In this document: positions 1 to 18,200 of the stretch, piece by piece
Numbering within the stretch: the stretch's first letter is position 1
Layout: the number at the start of each line of letters is the position of its first letter
Assembly (NCBI GenBank): GCA_964035545.1
Contig: OZ037771.1
Coordinates: 9,800,480-9,864,479, forward strand
DNA: 64,000 nucleotides
DNA from: Bugula neritina
Taxonomy: Eukaryota; Animalia; Bryozoa
Direction of reading: 5' to 3'
Made by a program: the position numbers and the translations under genes
The notes under the pieces: generated by a model
What the model saw: only the letters and a program-made list of their open reading frames with translations
Database searches by the model: none
Told to the model about the DNA's origin: nothing

Positions 1-280
1 ATACTGCAAAATACCCAAATAACTGGTAATATACTGAAATATACTGAAATACACTGTAACACATTGAAAAAGACTGCAACATACTGAAAGACACTACAAC
101 TCACTGAAGTATAGTGTATTATACGGAAATGTACTGTAACATACTGATATTTACTGCAACACACTGAAATATACTGCAACATACTGAAATACACTGTAAC
201 ATACCATAAAAAACTGCAACATACTGCAACATACTGAAATACACTGCAACATACTAAAATACACTGCAACATTCTGCAAC

Positions 281-3200
281 ATACTTCAACATACTGAAAT
301 ACACTGTAACATAATGAAATACACTGCAGCACATTGAAATATACTGCAACATACTGAAATGTACTGCAACATACTGAAATACACTGCAACATATTGAAGT
401 ATATTGTAATATGCGGACATGTACTGTAACATACTGAAACACACTGAAACATACTGAAACATACTGAAACATACTTCAACACACTGAAATATACTAAAAC
501 ATACTGAAATATACTGCAACATACTGCAACATACTGAAATACACTGAAACATACTGAAATATACTGAAACATACTGAAATACACTGTAACAAACTGAAAT
601 ACACTGCAACAAGTTGGAATATACTGCAACATACCCAAATAAATGGTAATATACTGAAACATACTGAAATACATTGTAACACATTGAAAAATACTGCAAC
701 ACACTGAAAGACACTACAACTCACTGAAGTATAGTGCAATATACAGAAATGTACTTTAACATACTGATATTTAATGTTACACACTGAAATATACTACAAC
801 ATACTGAAATACACTGTAACATACCGATATAAGCTGCAACATACTGCAACATACTGAAACATACTGTAACATTATGAAATACACTGCAACACATTGAAAT
901 ATACTGCGACAAACTGAAATATACTGCAACATACTGAAACGTACTGCAACATACTGAAATTAATTGCAACATATCGAAGTATATCGTAGTAAACGGACAT
1001 GTACTGTAACATACTGAAGCACACTGAAACAGACTGAAACATACTGAAACATACTGAAATACACTGCAACATACTGCAACATACTGAAGCATACTGTAAC
1101 ATTATGAAATACACTGCAATACATTGAAATATACTGCAACAAACTGAAATATACTGCAACATACTAAAATGCACTGCAACATACTGAAATACATTGCAAT
1201 ATATCGAAGTATATCGTAATATACGGACATGTACTGTAGCATACTGAAACACACTGAAACATACTGAAACATACTGAAATATACTGAAAGATACTGAAAC
1301 ATACTGAAACATACTGAGATACGCTGCAACATACTGCAACATACTGAAATACACTGTAACATGATGAAATACACTGCAACACATTGAAAAATACTGCAAC
1401 GTACTGAAAGACACTTCAACTCACTGAAGTATAGTGTAATATACGGAAATGTACTGTAACATACTGATATTCACTGTAACACACTGAAATATACTGCAAC
1501 ATACTGAAATACACTGTAACATACCGAAATAAACTGCAACATAATGAAACATACTGAATTACACTGTAACATACTAAAATACACTGCAACGTTCTGCAAC
1601 ATACTTCAACATACTGAAAGACACTGTAACATAATGAAATACACTGCAACACATTAAAATATACCGCAACAGACTGGAATATACTGCAACACATCCAAGT
1701 ACATCGTAATATACGGACATGTACCGTAACATACTGAAACATACTGAAACATACTGCAACATTCTGAAGTACACTGTAAAATATTGAAATACACTGCAAC
1801 AAACTGCAACATACTGAAGTACACTGTACATATTGAAAAACACTGCAACACACTGAAATATACTGCAACACACTGAAATATACTGCAAAATACTGAATTA
1901 TACTTCAACATACTGCAACATACTGAAAGACACTACAACTCACTGAAGTATAGTGCAATATACAGAAATGTACTCTAACATACTGATATTTAATGCTACA
2001 CACTGAAATATACTACAACATACTGAAATACACTGCAACATACCGAAATAAGCTGCAACATACTGCAACATACTGAAATACACTGTAACATGATGTAGTA
2101 CACTGCAACACATTGAGATATACTGCAAAAAACTGAAATACATTGCAACATATCAAAGTATATCGTAATAAACGAACATGTACTGTAACATACTGAAACA
2201 CACTGAAACATACTGAAACATACTGAAACATACTGAAACATACTGAAATACACTGCAACATACTGCAACATACTGAAACATACTGTAACATTATGAAATA
2301 CACTGCAACACATTGAAATATACTGCAACAAACTGAAATATACTGCAACATACTAAAACGTACTGCAACATACTGAAATACATTGCAACATATCGAAGTA
2401 TATCGTAATATACGGACATGTACTGTAACATACTGAAACACACTGAAACATACTGAAGCATACTGAAACATACTGAAACATACTAAAACATTCTGAGATA
2501 TACTGCAACATACTGCAACATACTGAAATACACTGTAACATGATGAAATACACTGCAACACATCGAAATATACTGCAACATACTGAAATATACTGTAACA
2601 TACCATAAAAAACTGCAACATACTGCAACATACTGAAATACACTGTAACATACTAAAATACACTGCAACATTCTGCAACATTCTTCTACATACTGAAAGA
2701 CACTGTAACATAATGAAATACACTGCAACACATTGAAATATACCGCAACGCACTGGAATATACTGCAACACCTCCAAGTACATCGTAATATACGGACATG
2801 TACTGTAACATACTGAAACATACTGAAACAAACTGCAACATTCTGAAGTTCACTGTAAAATAATGAAATACAATGCAACACATTGGAATATACTGCAACA
2901 CACTGAAATTTACTGCAACATACTGAAATATACTGCAACATACTGCAACATACTGAAATACACTGTAACATACTGTAACATACTGAAATACACTGCAACA
3001 TACTGAAATACACTGTAACACATTGAAATATATTGCAACATACTGAAACACACTACAACTCACTGAGGTATAGTGCAATATACAAAAATGTACTGTAACA
3101 TACTGATATTTACTGTAACACACTGAAATATACTGCAACATACTGAAGTACACTGTAACATTCGGAAATAAGCTGCAACATACTGCAACATACTGAAATA

Positions 3201-6200
3201 CACTGTAACATACTAAAATACACTGCAACATACTAAAATACACTGCAACATTCTGCAACATACTTCAACATACTGAATCACACTGTAACATAATGAAATA
3301 CACTGCAGCACATTGAAATATACTGCAACATACGGAAATGTACTGCAACATACTGAAATACACTGCAACATATTGAAGTATATTGTAATATGCGGACATG
3401 TACTGTAACATACTGAAACACACTGAAACATACTGAAACATACTGAAACATACTTCAACACACTGAAATATACTAAAACATACTGAAATATACTGCAACA
3501 TACTGCAACGTACTGAAATACACTGAAACATACTGAAATATACTGAAACATACTGAAATACACCGTAACAAACTGAAATACACTGCAACAAGTTGGAATA
3601 TACTGCAACATACCCAAATAAATGGTAATATACTGAAATATGCTGAAATACACTGTAACACATTGAAAAATACTGCAACATACTGAAACACACTACAACT
3701 CACTGAAGTATAGTGTAACTTACTGAAATGTACTGTAACATACTGATATTTACTGCAACACACTGAAACATACTGCAACATACTGAAATACACTGTTACA
3801 TGCCAAAATAAACTGCAACATACTGCAACATACTGAAATACACTGTAACATAATGAAATACACTGCAAAATACTGCAACATACTGAAGTACACTGTGAAA
3901 TATTGAAATACACTGCAACACATTGGAATATACTGCAACACACTGAAATATACTGCAACATACTGAAATGTAGTGCAACATACTGCAACATACTGAAATA
4001 CCCTGTAACATACTGCAACATACTGAAATACACTGTAGCAAACTGAAATACCCTGCAACACATTGGAATATACTGCAACATACCCAAATATATGGTAACT
4101 TAATGAAATACCCTGCAACATACTGCAACATACTGAAGTACACTGTAAAATATTGAAATACACTGCAACACATTGGAATATACTGCAACATGCCCAAATA
4201 ACTGGTAATATACAGAAATATACTGAAATACACTGTAACACATTGAAAAAGACTGCAACATACTGAAAGACACTACAACTCACTGAAGTATAGTGTATTA
4301 TACGGAAATGTACTGTAACATACTGATATTTACTGCAACACACTGAAATATACTGCAACATACTGAGATACACTGTAACATACCATAAAAAACTGCAACA
4401 TACTGCAACATACTGAAATACACTGTAACATACTAAAATACACTGCAACATTCTGCAACATTCTTCTACATACTGAAAGACACTGTAACATAATGAAATA
4501 CACTGCAACACATTGAAATATACCGCAACGCACTGGAATATACTGCAACACATCCAAGTACATCGTAATATACGGACATGTACTGTAACATACTGAAACA
4601 TACTGAAACAAACTGCAACATTCTGAAGTACACTGTAAAATATTGAAATACAATGCAACACATTGGAATATACTGCAACACACTGAAATTTACTGCAACA
4701 TACTGAAATATACTGCAACATACTGCAACATACTGAAATACACTGTAACATACTGTAACATACTGAAATACACTGCAACAAACTACAACATACTGAAATA
4801 CACTGTAACACATTGAAATATATTGCCACATACTGAAACACACTACAACTCACTGAGGTATAGTGCAATATACAAAAATGTACTGTAACATACTGATATC
4901 TACTGTAACACACTGAAATATACTGCAACATACTAAAATACACTGCAACATTCTGCAACATACTTCAACATACCGAATCACACTGTAACATAATGAAATA
5001 CACTGCAGCACATTGAAATATACTGCAACATACTGAAATGTACTGCAACATACTGAAATACACTGCAACATATTGAAGTATATTGTAATATGCGGACATG
5101 TACTGTAACATACTGAAACATACTGAAACATACTTCAACACACTGAAATATACTAAAACATACTGAAATAAACTGCAACATACTGCAACATACTGAAATA
5201 CACTGAAACATACTGGAATATACTGCAACATACTGAAATACACTGTAACATATTCAAATACCCTGCAATATTCTGCAACATGTTGAAATATACTGAAACA
5301 CACTGAAATATACTGCAACACACTGAAATATACTGCAAAATACTGAAATATACTTCAACATACTGCAACATACTGAAAGACACTACAACTCACTGAAGTA
5401 TAGTGCAATATACAGAAATCTACTCTAACATACTGATATTTAATGTTACACACTGAAATATACTACAACATACTGAAATACACTATAACATACCGAAATA
5501 AGCTGCAACATACTGCGACATCCTGAAATACACTGTAACATGATGAAGTACACTGCAGCACATTGAAATACACTGCAAAAAACTGAAATATACTGCAACA
5601 TACTGAAATGTACTGCAACATACTGAAATACATTGCAACATATCGAAGTATATCGTAATAAACGGACATGTACTGTAACATACTGAAACACACTGAAACA
5701 TACTGAAACTTACTGAAACATACTGAAACATACTGAAATCCACTGCAACAAACTGCAACGTACTGAAACATACTGTAACACGATGAAATACACTGCAACA
5801 CATTGAAATATACTGCAACAAACTGAAATATACTGCAACATACTGAAACGTACTGCAACATACTGAAATTAATTGCAACATATCGAAGTATATCGTAGTA
5901 AACGGACATGTACTGTAACATACTGAAACACACTGAAACACACTGAAACATACTGAAACATACTGAAATCCACTGCAACATACTGCAACATACTGAAGCA
6001 TACTGTAACATTATGAAATACACTGCAATACATTGAAATATACTGCAACAAACTGAAATATACTGCAACATACTAAAATGCACTGCAACATACTGAAATA
6101 CATTGCAATATATCGAAGTATATCGTAATATACGGACATGTACTGTAGCATGCTGAAACACACTGAAACATACTGAAACATACTGAAATATACTGAAATA

Positions 6201-9200
6201 TACTGAAATACACTGTAACACATTGGAAAATACTGCAACATACTGAAAGCCACTTCAACTCACTGAAGTATAGTGTAATATACTGAAATGTACTGCAACA
6301 TACTGAAATACATTGCAACATATCGAAGTATATCGTAATAAACGGACATGTACTGTAACATACTGAAACACACTGAAACATACTGAAACATACTGAAACA
6401 TACTGAAACATACTGAAACATACTGAAACATACTGAAATCCACTGCAACAAACTGCAACGTACTGAAACATACTGTAACATGATGAAATACACTGCAACA
6501 CATTGAAATATACTGCAACAAACTGAAATATACTGCAACATACTGAAACGTACTGCAACATACTGAAATTAATTGCAACATATCGAAGTATATCGTAGTA
6601 AACGGACATGTACTGTAACATACTGAAACACACTGAAACATACTGAAACATACTGAAACATACTGAAATACACTGCAACATACTGCAACATACTGAAGCA
6701 TACTGTAACATTATGAAATACACTGCAATACATTGAAATATACTGCAACAAACTGAAATATACTGCAACATACTAAAATGCACTGCAACATACTGAAATA
6801 CATTGCAATATATCGAAGTATATCGTAATATACGGACATGTACTGTAGCATACTGAAACACACTGAAACATACTGAAACATACTGAAATATACTGAAATA
6901 TACTGAAATACACTGTAACACATTGGAAAATACTGCAACATACTGAAAGCCACTTCAACTCACTGAAGTATAGTGTAATATACGGAAATGTACTGTAACA
7001 TACCGAAATAAACTGCAACATAATGCAACATACTGAATTACACTGTAACATACTAAAACACACTGCAACATTCTGCAACATACTGCAACATACTGAAATA
7101 CACTGTAACATGATGAAGTACACTGCAACACATTGAAATATACTGCAACAAATTGAAATACACTGCAACGTACTGAAATGTACTGCAACATACTGAAATA
7201 CATTGCAACATATCGAAGTAAATCGTAATAAACGGACATGTACTGTAACATACTGAAACACACTGAAACATACTGAAACCTACTGAAACATACTGAAACA
7301 TACTGAAACATACTCAAACACACTGCAACATACTGCAACTTACTGAAACATACTGTAACATGATGAAATACACTGCAACACATTGAAATATACTACAACA
7401 AACTGAATTATACTGCAACATGCTGAAACGTACTGCAACATACTGAAATTAATTGCAACATATCGAAGTATATCGTAATATACGGACATGTACTGTAACA
7501 TACTGAAACACACTGAAAGATACTGAAACATACTGAAAGATACTGAAACATACTGAAACATACTGAGATACACTGCAACATACTGCAACATACTGAAATA
7601 CACTGTAACATGATGAAATACACTGCAACACATTGAAATATACTGCAACAAACTGAAATATACTGCAACATACTGAAACGTGCTGCAACATACTGAAATA
7701 CATTGCAATATATCGAAGTATATCGTAATATACGGACATGTACTGTAACATACTGAAACGCACTGAAACATACTGAAACATACCGAAATATACTGAGATA
7801 TACTGAAATACACTGTAACACATTGAAAAATACTGCAACGTACTGAAAGACACTTCAACTCACTGAAGTATAGTGTAATATACGGAAATGTACTGTAACA
7901 TACTGATATTTACTGTAACACACTGAATTATACTGCAACATACTGAAATACACTGTAACATACCGAAATAAACTGCAACATAATGAAACATACTGAATTA
8001 CACTGTAACATACTAAAATACACTGCAACATTCTGCAACATACTTCAACGTACTGAAAGACGCTGTAACATAATGAAATACACTGCAACACATTGAAATA
8101 TACCGCAACAGACTGGAATATTCTGCAACACATCCAAGTACATCGTAATATACGGACATGTACTGTAACATACTGAAACACGCCGAAACATACTGAAACA
8201 TACTGAAACATACTGAAACATACTGAAACATTCTGAGATACACTGCAACATCCTGCAACATACTGAAATACACTGTAACATGATGAAATACACTGCAACA
8301 CATTGAAAAATACTGCAACATACTGAAAGCCACTTCAACTCACTGAAGTATAGTGTAATATACGGAAATGTACTGTAACATACTGAAACACACTGAAACA
8401 TACTGAAACATACTGAAACACACTGAAACACACTGAAACATACTGAAACATGCTGAAATCCACTGCAACATACTGCAACATACTGAAGCATACTGTAACA
8501 TTATGAAATACACGGCAATACATTGAAATATACTGCAACAAACTGAAATATACTGCAACATACTAAAATGCACTGCAACATACTGAAATACATTGCAATA
8601 TATCGAAGTATATCGTAATATACGGACATGTACTGTAGCATGCTGAAACACACTGAAACATACTGAAACATACTGAAATATACTGAAATATACTGAAATA
8701 CACTGTAACACATTGGAAAATACTGCAACATACTGAAAGCCACTTCAACTCACTGAAGTATAGTGTAATATACTGAAATGTACTGCAACATACTGAAATA
8801 CATTGCAACATATCGAAGTATATCGTAATAAACGGACATGTACTGTAACATATTGAAACACACTGAAACATACTGAAACATACTGAAACATACTGAAACA
8901 TACTGAAACATACTGAAATCCACTGCAACAAACTGCAACGTACTGAAACATACTGTAACATGATGAAATACACTGCAACACATTGAAATATACTGCAACA
9001 AACTGAAATATACTGCAACATACTGAAACGTACTGCAACATACTGAAATTAATTGCAACATATCGAAGTATATCGTAGTAAACGGACATGTACTGTAACA
9101 TACTGAAACACACTGAAACATACTGAAACATACTGAAACATACTGAAATACACTGCAACATACTGCAACATACTGAAGCATACTGTAACATTATGAAATA

Positions 9201-12200
9201 CACTGCAATACATTGAAATATACTGCAACAAACTGAAATATACTGCAACATACTAAAATGCACTGCAACATACTGAAATACATTGCAATATATCGAAGTA
9301 TATCGTAATATACGGACATGTACTGTAGCATACTGAAACACACTGAAACATACTGAAACATACTGAAATATACTGAAATATACTGAAATACACTGTAACA
9401 CATTGGAAAATACTGCAACATACTGAAAGCCACTTCAACTCACTGAAGTATAGTGTAATATACGGAAATGTACTGTAACATACTGATCTTTACTGTAACA
9501 TACCGAAATAAACTGCAACATAATGCAACATACTGAATTACACTGTAACATACTAAAACACACTGCAACATTCTGCAACATACTGCAACATACTGAAATA
9601 CACTGTAACATGATGAAGTACACTGCAACACATTGAAATACACTGCAACAAATTGAAATACACTGCAACGTACTGAAATGTACTGCAACATACTGAAATA
9701 CATTGCAACATATCGAAGTAAATCGTAATAAACGGACATGTACTGTAGCATACTGAAACACACTGAAACATACTGAAACATACTGAAACATACTGAAACA
9801 TACTGAAACATACTCAAATACACTGCAACATACTGCAACATACTGAAACATACTGTAACATGATAAAATACACTGCAACACATTGAAATATACTACAACA
9901 AACTGAATTATACTGCAACGTGCTGAAACGTACTGCAACATACTGAAATTAATTGCAACATATCGAAGTATATCGTAATATACGGACATGTACTGTAACA
10001 TACTGAAACACACTGAAAGATACTGAAACATACTGAAAGATACTGAAACATACTGAAACATACTGAGATACACTGCAACATACTGCAACATACTGAAATA
10101 CACTGTAACATGATGAAATACACTGCAACACATTGAAATATACTGCAACAAACTGAAATATACTGCAACATACTGAAACGTGCTGCAACATACTGAAATA
10201 CATTGCAATATATCAAAGTATATCGTAATATACGGACATGTACTGTAACATACTGAAACGCACTGAAACATACTGAAACATACCGAAATATACTGAGATA
10301 TACTGAAATACACTGTAACACATTGAAAAATACTGCAACGTACTGAAAGACACTTCAACTCACTGAAGTATAGTGTAATATACGGAAATGTACTGTAACA
10401 TACTGATATTTACTGTAACACACTGAAATATACTGCAACATACTGAAATACACTGTAACATACCGAAATAAACTGCAACATAATGAAACATACTGAATTA
10501 CACTGTAACATACTAAAATACACTGCAACATTCTGCAACATACTTCAACGTACTGAAAGACGCTGTAACATAATGAAATACACTGCAACACATTGAAATA
10601 TACCGCAACAGACTGGAATATTCTGCAACACATCCAAGTACATCGTAATATACGGACATGTACTGTAACATACTGAAACACACCGAAACATACTGAAACA
10701 TACTGAAACATACTGAAACATACTGAAACATTCTGAGATACACTGCAACATCCTGCAACATACTGAAATACACTGTAACATGATGAAATACACTGCAACA
10801 CATTGAAAAATACTGCAACATACTGAAAGCCACTTCAACTCACTGAAGTATAGTGTAATATACGGAAATGTACTGTAACATACTGATATTTACTGTAACA
10901 CACTGAAATATACTGCAACATACTGAAATACACTTTAACATACCAAAATTAACTGCAACATAATGCAACATACTGAATTACACTGTAACATACTAAAATA
11001 CACTGCAACATTCTGCAACATACTGCAACATACTGAAATACACTGTAACATGATGAAGTATAGTGCAATATACAGAAATGTACTCTAACATACTGATATT
11101 TAATGTTACACACTGAAATATACTGCAACACACTGAATTATACTGCAAAATACTGAATTTAACTTCAACATACTGCAACATACTGAAAGACACTACAACC
11201 CACTGAAGTATAGTGCAATATACAGAAATGTACTCTAACATACTGATATTTAATGTTACACACTGAAATATACTACAACATACTGAAATACACTGCAACA
11301 TACCGAAGTAAGCTGCAACATGCTGCAACATACTGAAATACACTGTAACATGATGTAGTACACTGCAACACATTGAAATATACTGCAACAAACTGAAATA
11401 TACTGCAACATACTGAAATGTACAGCAACATACTGAAATACATTGCAACATATCGAAGTATATCGTAGTAAACGGACATGTACTGTAGCATACTGAAACA
11501 CACTGAAACATACTGAAACATACTGAAACATACTGAAACATACTGAAATACACTGCAACATACTGCAGCATACTGAAACATACTGTAACATTATGAAATA
11601 CACTGCAACACATTGAAATATACTGCAACAAACTGAAAAATACTGCAACATACTAAAACGCACTGCAACATACTGAAATACATTGCAATATATCGAAGTA
11701 TATCGTAATATACGGACATGTACTGTAACATACTGAAACACACTGAAACATACTGAAGCATACTGAAACATACTGAAACATACTGAAACATTCTGAGATA
11801 CACTGCAACATACTGCAACATACTGCAACATACTGAAATACACTGTAACATGATGAAATACACTGCAACACATTGAGATACACTGCAACAAACTGAAATA
11901 TACTGCAACATACTGAAATGTACTGCAACATGCTGAAACGTACTGCAACATACTGAAATTAATTGCAACATATCGAAGTATATCGTAATATACGGACATG
12001 TACTGTAACATACTGAAACACACTGAAACATGCTGAAACATACTGAAACACCCTGAAACATACTGAAATACACTGCAACATACTGCAACATACAAAAACA
12101 TACTGTAACATGATGAAATACACTGCAACACATTGAAATATACTGCAACAAACTGAAATATACTGCAACATACTGAAACGTACTGCAACATACTGAAATT

Positions 12201-15200
12201 AATTGCAACATATCAAAGTATATCGTAATATACGGACATGTACTGTAACATACTGCAACGTACTGAAATACACTGAAACATACTGAAATATACTGAAACA
12301 TACTGAAATACACTGTAACAAACTGAAATACACTGCAACAAGTTGGAATATACTGCAACATACCCAAATAAATGGTAATATACTGAAATATACTGAAATA
12401 CACTGTAACACATTGAAAAATACTGCAACATACTGAAACACACTACAACTCACTGAAGTATAGTGTAACTTACTGAAATGTACTGTAACATACTGATATT
12501 TACTGCAACACACTGAAACATACTGCAACATACTGAAATACACTGTTACATGCCAAAATAAACTGCAACATACTGCAACATACTGAAATACACTGTAACA
12601 TACTCAAATACCCTGCAATATTCTGCAACATATTGAAATATACTGCAACACACTGAAATATATTGCAACACACTGAAATATACTGCAACATACTGAAATG
12701 TACTGCAACATACTGAAATACATTGCAACATATCGAAATATATCGTAATAAACGGACATGTACTGTAACATACTGAAACACACTGAAACATACTGAAACA
12801 TACTGAAACATACTGAAACATACTGAAACATACTGAAATCCACTGCAACAAACTGCAACGTACTGAAACATACTGTAACATGATGAAATACACTGCAACA
12901 CATTGAAATATACTGCAACAAACTGAAATATACTGCAACATACTGAAACGTACTGCAACATACTGAAATACATTGCAATATATCGAAGTATATCGTAATA
13001 TACGGACATGTACTGTAACATACTGAAACACACTGAAACATACTGAAGCATACTGAAACATACTGAAACATACTGAAACATTCTGAGATACACTGCAACA
13101 TACTGCAACATACTGAAAGCCACTTCAACTCACTGAAGTATAGTGTAATATACGGAAATGTACTGTAACATACTGATATTTACTGTAACACACTGAAATA
13201 TACTGCAACATACTGAAATACACTGTAACATACCGAAATAAACTGCAACATAATGCAACATACTGAATTACCCTGTAACATACTAAAATACACCGCAACA
13301 TTCTGCAACATACTGCAACATACGGAAATACTCTGTAACATGATGAAGTATAGTGCAATATACAGAAATGTACTCTAACATAATGATATTTAATGTTACA
13401 CACTGAAATATACCGCAACACACTGAAATATACTGCAAAATACTAAATTATACTTCAACATACTGCAACATACTGAAATACACTGTAACATGATGTAGTA
13501 CACTGCAACACATTGAAATATACTGCAACAAACTGAAATATACTGCAACATACTGAAAGGTACTGCAACATACTGAAATACATTGCAACATTTCGAACTA
13601 TATCGTGGTAAACGGACATGTACTGTAACATACTGAAACACACTGAAACATACTGAAACATACTGAAACATACTGAAACATACTGAAATACACTGTAACA
13701 TGATGTAGTACACTGCAACACATTGAAATATACTGCAACAAACTGAAATATACTGCAACATAGTGAAAGGTACTGCAACATACTGAAATACATTGCAACA
13801 TTTCGAAGTATATCGTAGTAAACGGACATGTACTGGAACATACTGAAACACACTGAAACATACTGAAACATACTGAAACATACTGAAACATACTGAAACA
13901 CACTACAACTCACTGAGGTATAGTGCAATATACAAAAATGTACTGTAACATACTGATATTTACTGTAACACACTGAAATATACTGCAACATACTGAAATA
14001 CACTGTAACATACTGCAGCATACTGAAACATACTGTAACATTATGAAATACACTGCAACACATTGAAATATACTGCAACAAACTGAAAGATACTGCAACA
14101 TACTGAAACGTGGTGCAACATACTGAAATACATTGCAATATATCGAAGTATATCGTAATTTACGGACATGTACTGTAACATACTGAAACACACTGAAACA
14201 TACTGAAACATACTGAAATATACTGATATATACTGAAATACACTGTAACACATTGAAAAATACTGCAACATACTGAAAGACTCTTCAACTCACTGAAGTA
14301 TAGTGTAATAGACGGAAATGTACTGTAACATACTGATATTTACTGTAACACACTGAAATATACTGCAACATACTGAAATACACTGTAACATACCGAAATA
14401 AACTGCAACATAATGCAACATACTGAATTACACTGTAACATACTAAAATACACTGCAACATTCTGCAACATACTTCAACGCACTGAAAAACACTGTAACA
14501 TAATGAAATACACTGCAACACATTGAAATATACCGCAACAGACTGGAATATACTGCAACACATCCAAGTACATCGTAATACACGGACATGTACTGTAATA
14601 TACTGAAACACACTGAAACATACTGAAACATACTGAAATATACTGAAATATACTGAAATACACTGTAACACATTGAAAAATACTGCAACATACTGAAAGC
14701 CACTTCAACTCACTGAAGTATAGTGTAATATACGGAAATGTACTGTAACATACTGATATTTACTGTAACACACTGAAATATACTACAACATACTGAAATA
14801 CACTGTAACATACCGAAATAAACTGCAACATAATGCAACATACTGAATTATCCTGTAACATACTAAAATATACTGCAACATTCTGCAACATACTGCAACA
14901 TACGGAAATACTCTGTAACAAGATGAAGTATAGTGCAATATACAGAAATGTACTCTAACATACTGAAATACACTGTAACATGATGTAGTACACTGCAACA
15001 CATTGAAATACACTGCAACAAACTGAAATATACTGCAACATACTGAAATGTACTGCAACATACTGAAATACATTGCAACATATCGAAGTAAATCGTAATA
15101 AACGGACATGTACTGTAACATACTGAAACACGCTGAAACATACTGAAACATACTGAAACATACTGAAACATACTGAAACATACTCAAATACACTGCAACA

Positions 15201-18200
15201 TACTGCAACATACTGAAACATACTGTAACATGATGAAATACACTGCAACACATTGAAATATACTGCAACAAACTGAATTATACTGCAACATACTGAAACG
15301 TACTGCTACATACTGAAATTAATTGCAACACATCGAAGTATATCGTAATATACGGACATGTACTGAAACATACTGAGATACACTGCAACATACTGCAACA
15401 TACTGAAATACACTGTAACATGATGAAATACACTGCAACACATTGAAATATACTGCAACAAACTGAAATATACTGCAACATACTGAAACGCGCTGCAACA
15501 TACTGAAATACATTGCAATATATCGAAGTATATCGTAATATACGGACATGTACTGTAACATACTGAAACGCACTGAAACATACTGAAACATACCGAAATA
15601 TACTGAGATATACTGAAATACACTGTAACACATTGAAATATATTGCCACATACTGAAACATACTTCAACATACTGAAATACACTGTAACATAATGAAATA
15701 CACTGCAGCACATTGAAATATACTGCAACATACTGAAATGTACTGCAACATACTGAAATACACTGCAACATATTGAAGTATATTGTAATATGCGGACATG
15801 TACTGTAACATACTGAAACACACTGAAACATACTGAAACATACTGAAACATACTTCAACACACTGAAATATACTAAAACATACTGAAATATACTGCAACA
15901 TACTGCAACATACTGAAATACACTGAAACATACTGAAATATACTGAAACATACTGAAATACACTGTAACAAACTGAAATACACTGCAACAAGTTGGAATA
16001 TACTGCAACATACCCAAATAAATGGTAATATACTGAAACATACTGAAATACATTGTAACACATTGAAAAATACTGCAACACACTGAAAGACACTACAACT
16101 CACTGAAGTATAGTGCAATATACAGAAATGTACTTTAACATACTGATATTTAATGTTACACACTGAAATATACTACAACATACTGAAATACACTGTAACA
16201 TACCGATATAAGCTGCAACATACTGCAACATACTGAAACATACTGTAACATTATGAAATACACTGCAACACATTGAAATATACTGCGACAAACTGAAATA
16301 TACTGCAACATACTGAAACGTACTGCAACATACTGAAATTAATTGCAACATATCGAAGTATATCGTAGTAAACGGACATGTACTGTAACATACTGAAGCA
16401 CACTGAAACAGACTGAAACATACTGAAACATACTGAAATACACTGCAACATACTGCAACATACTGAAGCATACTGTAACATTATGAAATACACTGCAATA
16501 CATTGAAATATACTGCAACAAACTGAAATATACTGCAACATACTAAAATGCACTGCAACATACTGAAATACATTGCAATATATCGAAGTATATCGTAATA
16601 TACGGACATGTACTGTAGCATACTGAAACACACTGAAACATACTGAAACATACTGAAATATACTGAAAGATACTGAAACATACTGAAACATACTGAGATA
16701 CGCTGCAACATACTGCAACATACTGAAATACACTGTAACATGATGAAATACACTGCAACACATTGAAAAATACTGCAACGTACTGAAAGACACTTCAACT
16801 CACTGAAGTATAGTGTAATATACGGAAATGTACTGTAACATACTGATATTCACTGTAACACACTGAAATATACTGCAACATACTGAAATACACTGTAACA
16901 TACCGAAATAAACTGCAACATAATGAAACATACTGAATTACACTGTAACATACTAAAATACACTGCAACGTTCTGCAACATACTTCAACATACTGAAAGA
17001 CACTGTAACATAATGAAATACACTGCAACACATTAAAATATACCGCAACAGACTGGAATATACTGCAACACATCCAAGTACATCGTAATATACGGACATG
17101 TACCGTAACATACTGAAACATACTGAAACATACTGCAACATTCTGAAGTACACTGTAAAATATTGAAATACACTGCAACAAACTGCAACATACTGAAGTA
17201 CACTGTACATATTGAAAAACACTGCAACACACTGAAATATACTGCAACACACTGAAATATACTGCAAAATACTGAATTATACTTCAACATACTGCAACAT
17301 ACTGAAAGACACTACAACTCACTGAAGTATAGTGCAATATACAGAAATGTACTCTAACATACTGATATTTAATGCTACACACTGAAATATACTACAACAT
17401 ACTGAAATACACTGCAACATACCGAAATAAGCTGCAACATACTGCAACATACTGAAATACACTGTAACATGATGTAGTACACTGCAACACATTGAGATAT
17501 ACTGCAAAAAACTGAAATACATTGCAACATATCAAAGTATATCGTAATAAACGAACATGTACTGTAACATACTGAAACACACTGAAACATACTGAAACAT
17601 ACTGAAACATACTGAAACATACTGAAATACACTGCAACATACTGCAACATACTGAAACATACTGTAACATTATGAAATACACTGCAACACATTGAAATAT
17701 ACTGCAACAAACTGAAATATACTGCAACATACTAAAACGTACTGCAACATACTGAAATACATTGCAACATATCGAAGTATATCGTAATATACGGACATGT
17801 ACTGTAACATACTGAAACACACTGAAACATACTGAAGCATACTGAAACATACTGAAACATACTAAAACATTCTGAGATATACTGCAACATACTGCAACAT
17901 ACTGAAATACACTGTAACATGATGAAATACACTGCAACACATCGAAATATACTGCAACATACTGAAATACACTGTAACATACCATAAAAAACTGCAACAT
18001 ACTGCAACATACTGAAATACACTGTAACATACTAAAATACACTGCAACATTCTGCAACATTCTTCTACATACTGAAAGACACTGTAACATAATGAAATAC
18101 ACTGCAACACATTGAAATATACCGCAACGCACTGGAATATACTGCAACACCTCCAAGTACATCGTAATATACGGACATGTACTGTAACATACTGAAACAT

